64,000 nt of DNA from Gemmatimonadota bacterium. Its GTDB lineage: Bacteria; Gemmatimonadota; Gemmatimonadetes; Palauibacterales; Palauibacteraceae. The notes below the pieces were generated by a model that saw only the letters and a program-made list of their open reading frames with translations, was not told where the DNA came from and did no database searches. Position numbers and translations under genes: made by a program. Numbering within the stretch: the stretch's first letter is position 1; the number at the start of each line of letters is the position of its first letter. Positions 50,131 through 59,864 of this stretch are shown piece by piece. The stretch is from positions 576,001 through 640,000 of the forward strand of contig OZ220691.1 in NCBI GenBank assembly GCA_965116475.1, written 5' to 3'.

Positions 50131-51900
50131 ATGGGCATCCGATACGACTCCCTCCTCGCCCGGGCCCTCGCCCGGGATATCCTCGATCGCTGGCGGGGCG
50201 TCCGCATCGCCGGGCTTCGCATGGCGTCGGGGCGGCGCGCCGTGGAACTCGCTTTCGAGGACGAGTCGCGGCTCGTCGCGATGCTGCACCCGCTGCACGG
50301 GTACGTGCTGGCGCTGGGGCCCGATGCGCCGGCCTCGGGGGTGGAGGGGAAGGCGCTGCGCGTCGGACGCCTGTCGCTCGTGGACGCGCGGGCGCCGGCG
50401 GACGAGCGCGCTCTGCTCCTGACGCTCGGCGACCGGGCGGGGCGGCCCTGGGAGATGCTCGCGATCGAACTTCCGACCCGCCGCCGGAACGCCGTGCACT
50501 GCCGGCGGGCGGAGTCGGACGCGGAATCGGACGCGGCATGGCGCATCGAAGCGGCGCTCCTCGCGAGGGATGCGGGCGACCGCGCGCTGCGTCGCGGGAC
50601 GGCGTACGTGCCGCCATCGTCGGCGCGGCAAGCCGTGGCCGCGCCGCCATCGGAGGCGGAATGGGCCGCCGTGCTGGCCGGCGACGAGGCCGACCGCCGC
50701 CGGGCCGTGCTGCGGACGTGGGCGTGGACGAGCGCGCTCAACGTCGACTGGATCCTGGCCGGCTCCGACCCGGCGGAGACGTACGCGCGATACCGGGCCC
50801 TGCACGCGCTCGCGGCGGCGCCCTCGGGGGGGCCGGCCGCATCCGATGCGCCGGGCACGCCGCCCCGGCCGGCCTTCGTGCTCGACCGCCCGTGGGGCCC
50901 CCAGCCCTATCCGCACCCCGCCGGGGCCGGCAGCGGGTCCGCCGCCGGACTGCTGACCGCGGCCGCGCAACTGCTCGGCCCCGGCGGCGGCCCCGCCCCC
51001 GCGCTTCAAGCCCTCCCCCAGGCGGCCGACGACGAGGATGCGGGGGACGAAGCCGCGCAGATCCGAAAACGCCTCCGAGCCCGCCGGAAGCGGCACGTGC
51101 GCCGGGCCGCCGCGCTCGAGCGGCAGTTGGCCGCGGCCGGTCCGCCGGACGAGCCGCGCCTCCTCGGCCAGATCCTCCTCGCCCGCAAGGACGAGGTGCC
51201 GAAGGGCGCCTCCGCTGTCACGCTGCCGGACTTCGACGGCGCGCCGCGCGAGATCGCGCTCGACCCCGCCCGCGACGTGGTCGCCAACGCGGAGGCTTTC
51301 TTCGACGAGGCCCGGCGCCGGGAGCGCGCGCTGGAGCGGCTACCCGGCGCGGTCGCGGCGGCCCGGGCGCGCGCGGCCGAGTTCGACGCCCACCTCGAGC
51401 GGCTCGCCGAGTCCGGCCCGTCGGCCGCCCTGTGGACCGCGGCCGGCGGGAAGCCGGTGCGCACCGGCGCGGGCGGCCGGCGGGCGGACCGTCCGGAACT
51501 CCGCGCGCCCTACTCGCGGCTCCGGTCCTCGGGCGGGCTGGAGATCCGGGTGGGGCGCGGCGCCCGCGACAATGACGACCTCACCTTCCGCCACTCCGCG
51601 CCGGACGACATCTGGCTGCACGCCTCCCAGGCCTCGGGCGCGCACGTGATTCTGCGCTGGGGGCGAAGGGACGAGAATCCGCCGCGGCGCGACCTGCTCG
51701 AAGCCGCGACCGTGGCGGCGGTCCACAGCGGCGCACGCCACAACCGCACGGCCCCGGTCGTCTGGACCCGCCGCAAGTACGTGCGCAAGCCGCGAAAATC
51801 CCCGCCGGGCACGGTAACCCCGGACCGCGTTCAGACGATCTTCGTCGAACCGGATTCGGACCTCGTGAAGGCGATGGTTCGGCGTACGGAGGAAGCATGA
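50131..51900 (+). CDS. rqcH: NFACT-family protein (RqcH/FbpA-like)
   Basis: I.LDP....NA..FF, VGRGARDNDDLTF, DIWLHA...GAHVIL, KYVRKPRKSPPG.V. Confidence 0.88.
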   Translation: MGIRYDSLLARALARDILDRWRGVRIAGLRMASGRRAVELAFEDESRLVAMLHPLHGYVLALGPDAPASGVEGKALRVGRLSLVDARAPADERALLLTLGDRAGRPWEMLAIELPTRRRNAVHCRRAESDAESDAAWRIEAALLARDAGDRALRRGTAYVPPSSARQAVAAPPSEAEWAAVLAGDEADRRRAVLRTWAWTSALNVDWILAGSDPAETYARYRALHALAAAPSGGPAASDAPGTPPRPAFVLDRPWGPQPYPHPAGAGSGSAAGLLTAAAQLLGPGGGPAPALQALPQAADDEDAGDEAAQIRKRLRARRKRHVRRAAALERQLAAAGPPDEPRLLGQILLARKDEVPKGASAVTLPDFDGAPREIALDPARDVVANAEAFFDEARRRERALERLPGAVAAARARAAEFDAHLERLAESGPSAALWTAAGGKPVRTGAGGRRADRPELRAPYSRLRSSGGLEIRVGRGARDNDDLTFRHSAPDDIWLHASQASGAHVILRWGRRDENPPRRDLLEAATVAAVHSGARHNRTAPVVWTRRKYVRKPRKSPPGTVTPDRVQTIFVEPDSDLVKAMVRRTEEA

Positions 51901-52889
51901 ACGGGGCGGCGGACGTTCCCGCGGGAACGTCCCGCGGCGAGGACGCGAGGCTCGACCGCGCGCGCGGCTGCCTCGTCGGCCAGATCGCCGGCGATTCGCT
52001 CGGCGGCCTCGTCGAGTTCCAGTCCTCCGGGGACATCCGCAGCCTCTACCCCGACGGGGTCCGCGACCTCGAGGACGGCGGCACACTCGACACGCTGGCC
52101 GGACAGCCGACGGACGACTCCGAGATGGCGCTCGCGCTGGCCCGCACGCTGACCGCCCGCGGCGCGTACGACCCGGAGGCGGCGAACCGCGCCTACCGAG
52201 AGTGGCTGGACTCGGACCCGTTCGACTGCGGCCTCACGATCCGCGACGGCCTGCTCGGCAACCCGCGCCACGAGAGCCAGGCCAACGGGGCGCTGATGCG
52301 CATCGGCCCGCTGGGCATCTTCGGCGCCTCCCACCGACTCGACGCCGTCGCGCGCTGGGCGCGGGAAGATGCCCGCCTCACGCACCCGCATCGCGTCTGT
52401 CTCGACGCGAACGCGCTCTTCGCGATGGCGATCGCGTACGCCGTCGACCGCGGCCCGGCGCCGCACGAGCTGTACGAGCGGATTGCGGCGTGGGCGAGCG
52501 AGGAGGAGATCTGCCCGGAGGTGCGGGCGTGCGTCGCGGCGGCCGCCACCGGGCCCCCGGACGACTACATGACGCACATGGGCTGGGTTCTGATCGCGCT
52601 CCGCAACGCGCTGTGGCAACTGCGGCACGCCCCGTCGCTCGAGGAGGGTGTGATCGACAGCGTGATGAGGGGCGGCGACACCGACACGAACGCCGCGATC
52701 TGCGGGGCGCTCCTCGGCGCGGTCCACGGGCTGGCGGCGATCCCCGCGCGCTGGACGGAGCGAATCCTCCGCTGCCGCCCCGAAGCGGGCCGACCCGGCG
52801 TCAGACGCCCGCGCCCAACAGTCTACTGGCCGGTCGACGCCCTCGACCTCGCCGCGCAGCTCATACGTTCAGAACCACCAGCGAGCTGA
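51897..52889 (+). CDS. ADP-ribosylglycohydrolase
   Basis: GDSLG..VEF, TDDSEM, ANGALMR, THP, GGDTDTNAAICGALLGA; ATGA overlap with NFACT gene. Confidence 0.93.
   Translation: MNGAADVPAGTSRGEDARLDRARGCLVGQIAGDSLGGLVEFQSSGDIRSLYPDGVRDLEDGGTLDTLAGQPTDDSEMALALARTLTARGAYDPEAANRAYREWLDSDPFDCGLTIRDGLLGNPRHESQANGALMRIGPLGIFGASHRLDAVARWAREDARLTHPHRVCLDANALFAMAIAYAVDRGPAPHELYERIAAWASEEEICPEVRACVAAAATGPPDDYMTHMGWVLIALRNALWQLRHAPSLEEGVIDSVMRGGDTDTNAAICGALLGAVHGLAAIPARWTERILRCRPEAGRPGVRRPRPTVYWPVDALDLAAQLIRSEPPAS
51911..51932. repeat. Palindrome copy 4, inside the 5' end of a CDS
   Basis: GGACGTTCCCGCGGGAACGTCC encodes DVPAGTS. Confidence 0.9.
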
Positions 52890-53019
52890 CGTTCGGCAGC
52901 AGTCCGTGGGCTCGGGACCGGCACCCCGTCCTCCCGCATCCCTTGGACTTGGCCCAAGGGCTACCTGTGTAGTGTCGACTACTCTGCGTGGGCCTCGTAG
53001 CACGCGCGCCCGCTTCGGG

Positions 53020-53748
53020 TCAGCGAGCCTCGAGGAGTGCTCGGATCGCGGCCACTTCCTCGCGGATCGCGTTCAACTGGCGGTCCTTCGCGTCCTCCCT
53101 TGGCCGGATCACCCAGGACACCAGCGTGGCGGTCAGCGTCCCGACGAGCGCCGCTCCGACCGTCATCAGGGCGAGGCCGATCGCGCGCCCTGCCGCGGTG
53201 ACCGGGAACGGGTCGCCCTGCTGGCCTGTCATGACGGTGAAGAAGGACCACCACAGCGCAGCCGGACCCGAGCCGATCTCGCCCCCCACCGCCCGCTCGA
53301 GATAAAGCACCGCGATACTCGCGCCCACAACCGTCAGGATCGCGACGGACACGGCGACGAGCGCCGTGGTCTGCGCCCGCCGTCCCATCCAGAACGAGCC
53401 GACGACCCGCGCGGCGCGCGCCGCACGGAGGAACCTCAGTATCCGCAGTACGCGGCCGATCCGGAACGCCCGGAGTTCGGTGATCGCGGGCAGGCTGGAG
53501 AGGAGATCGATCCAGCCCCAGGTGAGCATGTACCGCTTGCGGTCCTCGGCTCGCGCGAGAGAGAGGATAAAATCCGCGAAGAAGACGACGCAGAAGGCCG
53601 TGTCCGCGTAGAAGAGGATGCGCAGGATCTCGGGATCCAGCGGCAGCGCTAGTTCCACGATGAGAGCGACGAGCACGAGCACGCAGCAGACCAGCATGAA
53701 GATCTGGTACGGTGATGCGGCCGCAGGTTTTCGATCTGCTTCGGTCAT
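53020..53748 (-). CDS. 6-TM voltage-gated ion channel-like protein with non-canonical filter
   Basis: S1-S3, W.DLLSSLP, Arg-rich S4 LRAFRIGRVLRILRFLR, pore ALWWSFFTVMTGQQGDPFPVT.AGR. Confidence 0.88.
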   Translation of the reverse strand: MTEADRKPAAASPYQIFMLVCCVLVLVALIVELALPLDPEILRILFYADTAFCVVFFADFILSLARAEDRKRYMLTWGWIDLLSSLPAITELRAFRIGRVLRILRFLRAARAARVVGSFWMGRRAQTTALVAVSVAILTVVGASIAVLYLERAVGGEIGSGPAALWWSFFTVMTGQQGDPFPVTAAGRAIGLALMTVGAALVGTLTATLVSWVIRPREDAKDRQLNAIREEVAAIRALLEAR

Positions 53749-53798
53749 GCTTCCTCCCGAGAGTGTGTATCCGAAGTTTCGGTGCGCACTGCCACGCC

Positions 53799-56123
53799 CT
53801 AGAGGCCGATGGAGCCTTCGAGGCTGGATCGGGGGACGTCGAAGGCGTCGACGAGGGGGATGGCCTGGGGGCGGATTTCGGCGCAGAGCGCGGTCACGGT
53901 GCGGCGGATGGCTTTGCTCTTGGGCGGATCCAGGTAGCCCTGCTCGAGGAACCACGCGGCGTCGCGCTCGATCGTGGCGAGCGCGTAGAGGCAGCGCAGG
54001 CGCTCGAGCCATTCCGCGACGCCGGAACTCGGCGACCGTCCCTCGGCCGCGGTCATCGAGCGCAGGATCTCGCACTCGACGTGGGCCCGGGCGGCCGTGA
54101 GCGCGTGGTGCTGGCAGTCCGTGAGGGCGTCGAACGAGGTCATCCCGCCCGCGATGCGGTGCCGGACCCGCCGGGCCAGGGAAAGCACGAGGTCCGAGCG
54201 GCGGGCGTCGAGCACCGCGTCGTGGAACGCGGGATCGCGGAGGTGGGCTTCGCTCGTCTTCCTTGAGATGACCCAGTTGCGCTCGGCGATGGCACGGCGG
54301 GCGCGGGCGGCGGCGAAGCGCGCGACCCCGAGCGCGCCCAGATCCCCGAACCGCTGGCGGAAGCCCGTGAGGAGGTCCTTCGCCACGAGCTGCATGAGGA
54401 CGGTGTTGTCGCCCTCGAAGGTCGTGAACACGTCGCTGTCCGCCTTGAGCGCCGCGAAGCGGTTGTTGGCGAGGTAACCCCGCCCCCCGCACGACTCCCG
54501 GCACGCCTGAATCGTGTCCGTCGCGTGCCACGTGGCGCAGGCCTTGAGCCCGGCCGCGGCCGCTTCGATGCGCCGCTGGTCGGCCACGCCCCCTCCCTCC
54601 GGTTCGCCGGAGGCCCCGGTCGCCGCTTCCGCGGTCACCGCGGCCACGTACTCCGCCTGCAGGTCGTGGATGGCGAAGTTGAGCGCGTACGTCGTGGCGA
54701 GGCGCGGGAGCAGCCGCCGCCGGTGGGCGGGATAGTCGAGCAGGATGCGCTCGGCCTCGCCGGGCGAACCGAACTGCCGGCGCCGCGCGCCATACCGGAC
54801 CGCGATCGTGAGGGCGACCTTCGTCGCGCTGAGCGCCGCGCTCGCCACGGCCACGCGGCCGCTCACGAGGGTGCCGAGCATGGTGAAGAAGCGCCGGGCC
54901 GGGCTCGCGACCGGACTCCGGTAGGCGCCCTCGTCGTCGATGGAGGCGAAGCGGTCGAGGAGGTTCCCGCGCGGCACGCGCACGCGATTGAAATGGAGGC
55001 GTCCGTTGTCCACGCCGTTCAGGCCGAGCTTCTCGCCGCAGTCCTCGATCGTCACGCCGGGCAGCGGCTCCCCGCCCTCGCTGCGGATGGGGACGAGAAT
55101 CGCGTGCACCCCGCGTCCTTCCCCCTCGACCTCGAGTTGCGCGAACACCGTGGCGAGCCGGCCGTCCCGCGCGGCGTTCCCGATGTAGTCCTTGCGCGCC
55201 CCCGGCACCGGCGTGTGGACCTCGATTTCCCGCGTCTCCGGGTCGTAGACCGCCATCGTCTGGATATCCTGGACATTGGACCCGTGCAGCGTCTCGCTCA
55301 TCGCGAAGCACCCCGGCAGCGCCAGCGTGCCCGCGTCCCTCAGGAACTTCTCGTGGTGCCGCCGCGACCCGAGCTGGTGAATGCTGCCGCCGAAGAGCCC
55401 GAACTGGACACCGAACTTCGTGAGCAGGCTGAGGTCGAAGAAAGCGAGCGTCTCGAAGGTGGCGATGAAGGCCGCGGGATCGTCCCCGCCCCCGAATTCC
55501 GCGGGATAGCTGAGGGCCCCGAGCCCCTCGTCGGCGAGCGCCCGGCACCACTCCGAGACCCGGGCGCGGTAGTCGGCGATCGAAAGCCCGGCGACCGTCT
55601 CGAACCGGCCATCCGAAAGGAGCGCCCGCACGCGTTGCCGGGTCTCCGAAGCCGGACCGCCGAGCACGCCGGCCATCGCGCCGGGGTCGAACCTGGGCTG
55701 GACGTCGGGAAGCGGCGCGATCGGCCGCACGGGGTCGAAGAGCGTCGCCACCGCGTCCCGACCGCCCAGGCCCAGCGCCTCCTCGATGCGGAGGATGGCC
55801 GCGCGCTCCTCCCGCGTGGGGTGCTCTCCGTCGGCCTCCGCGATCGCGATGCCGAGTTCGGTGAGGGACCGCCGTCGCTCGGGCGAGATTTCCGCCGCCC
55901 GCCGCCGCACCTCATCGAGCAGATGGAGGAGCCGCTCCGCCGAGGGGGGCGCGCCGGGATCGAGCCACTCCGCGAGGGCTCCGTCGGGAAGCCCCGCCCC
56001 GCGCAGGTGTCCGCGCAGCATGGCGAGTTCTTCAGCCGCGAGCTCCCCGTCGGCCCACGCGACATAAAGGAGAGGATGGAAGGCGAGCGACCCCGGCTCG
56101 GCGGTCGGCCCCGGCTCGGCCAC
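53799..56123 (-). CDS. Acyl-CoA dehydrogenase/oxidase with N-terminal TerB-like domain
   Basis: LYVAWADG.L...E N-terminus; GCFAMSE..HGSNV, KLGLNGVDNG, CRESCGG.GY, TFEGDNTVL, oxidase-like C-terminal LVDAF. Confidence 0.9.
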   Translation of the reverse strand: MAEPGPTAEPGSLAFHPLLYVAWADGELAAEELAMLRGHLRGAGLPDGALAEWLDPGAPPSAERLLHLLDEVRRRAAEISPERRRSLTELGIAIAEADGEHPTREERAAILRIEEALGLGGRDAVATLFDPVRPIAPLPDVQPRFDPGAMAGVLGGPASETRQRVRALLSDGRFETVAGLSIADYRARVSEWCRALADEGLGALSYPAEFGGGDDPAAFIATFETLAFFDLSLLTKFGVQFGLFGGSIHQLGSRRHHEKFLRDAGTLALPGCFAMSETLHGSNVQDIQTMAVYDPETREIEVHTPVPGARKDYIGNAARDGRLATVFAQLEVEGEGRGVHAILVPIRSEGGEPLPGVTIEDCGEKLGLNGVDNGRLHFNRVRVPRGNLLDRFASIDDEGAYRSPVASPARRFFTMLGTLVSGRVAVASAALSATKVALTIAVRYGARRRQFGSPGEAERILLDYPAHRRRLLPRLATTYALNFAIHDLQAEYVAAVTAEAATGASGEPEGGGVADQRRIEAAAAGLKACATWHATDTIQACRESCGGRGYLANNRFAALKADSDVFTTFEGDNTVLMQLVAKDLLTGFRQRFGDLGALGVARFAAARARRAIAERNWVISRKTSEAHLRDPAFHDAVLDARRSDLVLSLARRVRHRIAGGMTSFDALTDCQHHALTAARAHVECEILRSMTAAEGRSPSSGVAEWLERLRCLYALATIERDAAWFLEQGYLDPPKSKAIRRTVTALCAEIRPQAIPLVDAFDVPRSSLEGSIGL

Positions 56124-56126
56124 GCC

Positions 56127-56594
56127 CTAGAGGCCCTCCGCCTCGAAGCCCATCTCCTTGTGCGAGCCGTCGCAGAACGGCTTGTTGTTCGACGCGCCGC
56201 AGCGGCACAGCCAGGGCTGCCGGAAGCGGGCGGACCCCTCGTGCCCTTCCCCGCTGATCTCCACGACGCCGTCAAAGTGCAGCGGACCGTTCGCGTGCGC
56301 CGTGACGACGGCCTCCCCGACCGCTTCCCCGGCCTCCCCTCCGGGCGGCGCCTCCGCCTCAGATGTCGCCTCGGATGTCGCGCGGCTCGTGTCGATCGGG
56401 CCGGAGGCCCGGAATTCGATGTCGCGGTGCGCCCCGTCGCAGAACGGCTTGTTCGCGGACTGCCCGCAGCGGCACAGCGCGGCCTTCGGCTTCGCGATCC
56501 CGTCTTCCGCTCCCGCCGTGCGCACGCGCAGCGGGCTCCGAACGAGCAGCGGGCCGTCGCCGCCGCAGTGAATGATGCATCCGTTTGCCGTCAT
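56127..56594 (-). CDS. CDGSH iron-sulfur protein, two domains
   Basis: LCRCGQSANKPFCDGAH and LCRCGASNNKPFCDGSH. Confidence 0.95.
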   Translation of the reverse strand: MTANGCIIHCGGDGPLLVRSPLRVRTAGAEDGIAKPKAALCRCGQSANKPFCDGAHRDIEFRASGPIDTSRATSEATSEAEAPPGGEAGEAVGEAVVTAHANGPLHFDGVVEISGEGHEGSARFRQPWLCRCGASNNKPFCDGSHKEMGFEAEGL

Positions 56595-56631
56595 CCGATC
56601 TCCCGTCGCAGTGGGTTCAGTGCGTCCGCCG

Positions 56632-59031
56632 TCAGGGGACGAGTTCGGTTCGCCTCGGTTTGAGGAGGAAGACGCCTTCGAGCATGCTCGTCACGAGCAC
56701 GGTCCCGCTCTCGAAGTAGGGAAAGGCGGTCCACGCGCCGTTGAAGCCGGGAGGATCGGCGCCGTACGGCGTGGTGTCGAAGTGCCCGACCTCCCGCAGG
56801 TTCTCCGGGTCGCTGATGTCGATGACGCGGAAGCCGGCCTGGTAATTGGCCTGGTACATCCGGTCGCCCTTCACGTAGAGGTTGTGGTCCGTCGCGTTGT
56901 TGGGTCCGTAGTAGTCCGCGATCACGACCGGGTCGTCGAGATCGGTCACGTCCCACACGATCGTCTTCGTCCGGTCCGTCGTGCCCACGAGTTCGTCGAG
57001 TTCGTCGTCCAGAAAGAAGTAGCGCCGGTCGTCGCTCAGCCATCCCTGGTGGATGTAGGCGACGCCGGGGTACGCGGCGGCCGAGATGGGGCGCGGGTTC
57101 GACTTGTCCGTGACGTCGACGATCCGGAGCGCGGTCTCGTTCGACGCGAAGCACAGTTCCCGGCCCTGGTAGTCCGTGTCGGGCCCGTCGTACACGAGGC
57201 ACTGCGCGTCGTGCGTCCGCCCCTGGAAGATGAGCCCCTCCGTATCCGTGTAGCAGCCGGCGAACTCGGGCGCGAGCGGCTGGCGGATGTCGATCATCAC
57301 GAGACCGCCGCCGCAGGTGTGCCCGTCACCGCTCGTGGAGACGGTGAAGGCGGTGCCCGCGCCGGTGTCGATGATGAGGTTGTGGGCGCTCCCGATTTCG
57401 TCCCAGCGGAGGTCGGGCGCGAACTCCACGGGGGGGCTCGCCACGTCGCGCAGCCGGGTGAGATCGAAGACGACGAGGCCGTGGGCGCCCGCCCCGTCCC
57501 CGGTGAAGAAGAGGTGGTCGGCGTACACCTTGAGATCGCGGGCGCCGCTGCGGTTCGCGGGGATGACGCCGAGGTAGACGGGGTTGACGGCATCGGTGAC
57601 GTCGACGATCGCAGCCCCGCCCGAACGGCCGACGAGGCCGTATTCGCGGCCGGTCTCGGGGTCCGTCCAGCCCCACGCGTCGCTCACGCGCTCCCCGGGT
57701 TCGGCGCCGATGGAGGCGAGCGGGAGGTACGCCTGGAGGTCGACGTCCGCGCAGTCGAAGCCGGCCGCGCGGTCATCCTCGCAGCGCACCTCCGCCGATG
57801 TCACGGCGACGGGCGGAGTCCCCGGGCGCAGCCAGACCGGCCCCGACCAGGAGCCGTCCGCCGCCGCCTCGTAGACGGCCGCGAGCCCCGCGCTCCCCTC
57901 GGATGCCGGGCTGCCGACGACGGCGAGCCCGGGGCCAAGGGCGAGGGCGGTGCCGAAGCCCGCCACGAGGGGGGCGCCTTCGGGCGCGAAGGAACGGACG
58001 GTGCTCCATTCACGGTCCGCGTTCGCGCGGGTGAAGGCGTCGATCCTGCCCCGGCCGTCCTCCGCCCCCGGCGCGCCGACGAGCAGTTCGTCTCCGGCGG
58101 CGGCGAGCGCGGTCCCGAAGCGCTGGCCGGGTCCGGAAGCGCCCGGGACCAGCGTCGCCGCCCCGGCCCAGTCGCCCCCCGCCCCGCGGGCGAAGAGCAC
58201 GACCCGGCCCGCCGACCCGTCGGCGGAAGGCGCGCCCACGGCGAGTTCATCGTCCCCGGTGAAGAGGACGCTGGAGCCCAGCCCGGCGCCCCCGCCCAGC
58301 GCTGGCGCCTCGAGCGCCGCCTCTCGGCTCCACGCACCGTCCGCCCCACGCGCAAACAGGTACACCGTGCCCGCACTTCCCTGCCCCGGCGCCCCGACCG
58401 CCGCCAGCCCGCCGCGCACCGCCAGCGCCGCCCCGTAGCGCGCGTTGGCCCGCAGGTCCCCGGCCTCCAACGAGCCCGCGGCGCTCCACGTTCCGTCCCC
58501 CCCGCGCGCGTAGGCCCGTACCTCGGTGCCGCCGCCCCGCCCGCCCGGCGCCGACACGAGCGCCACATCCCCGTCCGCCGCGACGACGCGCGCCGGCGGC
58601 TGCAGGATCGCCATCACCCGGCCCATGCTCATCTCTTCGGGGGCCGCGCGCGCCTCGGCCCGGAGCGGCAGGGAGCCCGACTCCGCCCACGCGCCATCGG
58701 CCCCGCGCGCGAACCCGTACGCGCCGATCATCACCTGCGGATCCCCGCTCGCCGCGAGAAAGCCGCCCTCCACCGCCGCCATCGTGCGGCCGAACGACTC
58801 CCCGAGGAGCGAGCCCGCCGACCACACTTCCTGGACCTGCGACCAGCCCGCATCGCCCTTCCTGAACACGAGCACCGAGGCGGCCCCCCGGCCGAACTCC
58901 GGCTTGAGGACGAGGATCTCGTCCGCCGCCGGCGCCCACACGGCCGCCCCGAACCCGTCCTGCGCCGCCAGGGGTCCGGTCACGGCGCACGCGAACAGCG
59001 CGACCACTGCGAGGTGCGGCGAGCGAGCCAT
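56632..59031 (-). CDS. Choice-of-anchor B family secreted protein with FG-GAP repeats
   Basis: Signal peptide, repeated (F/Y)G...VGAP, SDAWGWTDPETGREY, HDAQC, YIHQGW, DDELDE, DHNLY, GAW. Confidence 0.88.
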   Translation of the reverse strand: MARSPHLAVVALFACAVTGPLAAQDGFGAAVWAPAADEILVLKPEFGRGAASVLVFRKGDAGWSQVQEVWSAGSLLGESFGRTMAAVEGGFLAASGDPQVMIGAYGFARGADGAWAESGSLPLRAEARAAPEEMSMGRVMAILQPPARVVAADGDVALVSAPGGRGGGTEVRAYARGGDGTWSAAGSLEAGDLRANARYGAALAVRGGLAAVGAPGQGSAGTVYLFARGADGAWSREAALEAPALGGGAGLGSSVLFTGDDELAVGAPSADGSAGRVVLFARGAGGDWAGAATLVPGASGPGQRFGTALAAAGDELLVGAPGAEDGRGRIDAFTRANADREWSTVRSFAPEGAPLVAGFGTALALGPGLAVVGSPASEGSAGLAAVYEAAADGSWSGPVWLRPGTPPVAVTSAEVRCEDDRAAGFDCADVDLQAYLPLASIGAEPGERVSDAWGWTDPETGREYGLVGRSGGAAIVDVTDAVNPVYLGVIPANRSGARDLKVYADHLFFTGDGAGAHGLVVFDLTRLRDVASPPVEFAPDLRWDEIGSAHNLIIDTGAGTAFTVSTSGDGHTCGGGLVMIDIRQPLAPEFAGCYTDTEGLIFQGRTHDAQCLVYDGPDTDYQGRELCFASNETALRIVDVTDKSNPRPISAAAYPGVAYIHQGWLSDDRRYFFLDDELDELVGTTDRTKTIVWDVTDLDDPVVIADYYGPNNATDHNLYVKGDRMYQANYQAGFRVIDISDPENLREVGHFDTTPYGADPPGFNGAWTAFPYFESGTVLVTSMLEGVFLLKPRRTELVP

Positions 59032-59045
59032 GATTCTGCCTCTCT

Positions 59046-59864
59046 TCAAGAGTCGTTCTCGTGCACGGCGGCCGACAGGGCGGCGGACAGCTCCTGGAAG
59101 GCGGCCTCGCCGCGGCCGAGGGCGGCGATGAGCGCGGACCCGACGACGACCCCGTCGGCCATGCCCGCGACCGTCGCCGCCTGTTCCGGCGTCGAGATCC
59201 CGAACCCCACCGCCACCGGCAGCCGCACCGCTTTCCGAAGCCCTCTCACCTGGTCCTCAAGCGAAGCGTCCAGCGCCTTCCGCGCGCCCGTGACGCCGAG
59301 GCGAGAGATGTAGTAGAGGAACCCCGAGGCGTGGCCGAGGATGGTCTCGAGGCGCGCCCGCGGCGTGGTGGGGGCCGCGAGCGGGATGAGGTCAAGCGCA
59401 CCGGCCGCCAGCCGCCGCTCCAGCTCCGGGTGCGAGCCCACGGGCAGGTCGGTCACGAGGAGCCCCGCCGCCCCCGCGGCCTCCGCCCGGGCCAGGAAAC
59501 GCTCCACTCCCATGCGAAGAATCGGATTCAGGTAGGAGAAGAGGACGACGGGCGGCAGTTCGCCCGAGATCTCGGCCAGCTGGTCGAGCGTCGACTCGAC
59601 CGTGACGCCCCGCTCCAGCGCGCGCCAGCTCGCGGCCTGGATCGTCGGCCCGTCGGCGAGCGGATCGCTGAACGGGATCCCGAGTTCGATGATGTCCGCG
59701 CCGTCCGCCGCCAGCCGCTCCAGCAAACGCGGCGTGTCCGCCGGCCGCGGGAAGCCGCTCGACAGAAAGGGGATGAACGCCGCCCCGTCCCGGCCTTCGA
59801 AGGCGCCCTCGATCCGCGATCCGACGTGCGTCGCGGCGGGCGCCGTACCGCCGGGGACGCTCAA
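59046..59864 (-). CDS. trpA: Tryptophan synthase alpha chain
   Basis: IELGIPFSDPLADGPTIQ, YLNP, DLP, APTT, GVTG, VGFGI, DGVVVGSA. Confidence 0.95.
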   Translation of the reverse strand: MSVPGGTAPAATHVGSRIEGAFEGRDGAAFIPFLSSGFPRPADTPRLLERLAADGADIIELGIPFSDPLADGPTIQAASWRALERGVTVESTLDQLAEISGELPPVVLFSYLNPILRMGVERFLARAEAAGAAGLLVTDLPVGSHPELERRLAAGALDLIPLAAPTTPRARLETILGHASGFLYYISRLGVTGARKALDASLEDQVRGLRKAVRLPVAVGFGISTPEQAATVAGMADGVVVGSALIAALGRGEAAFQELSAALSAAVHENDS

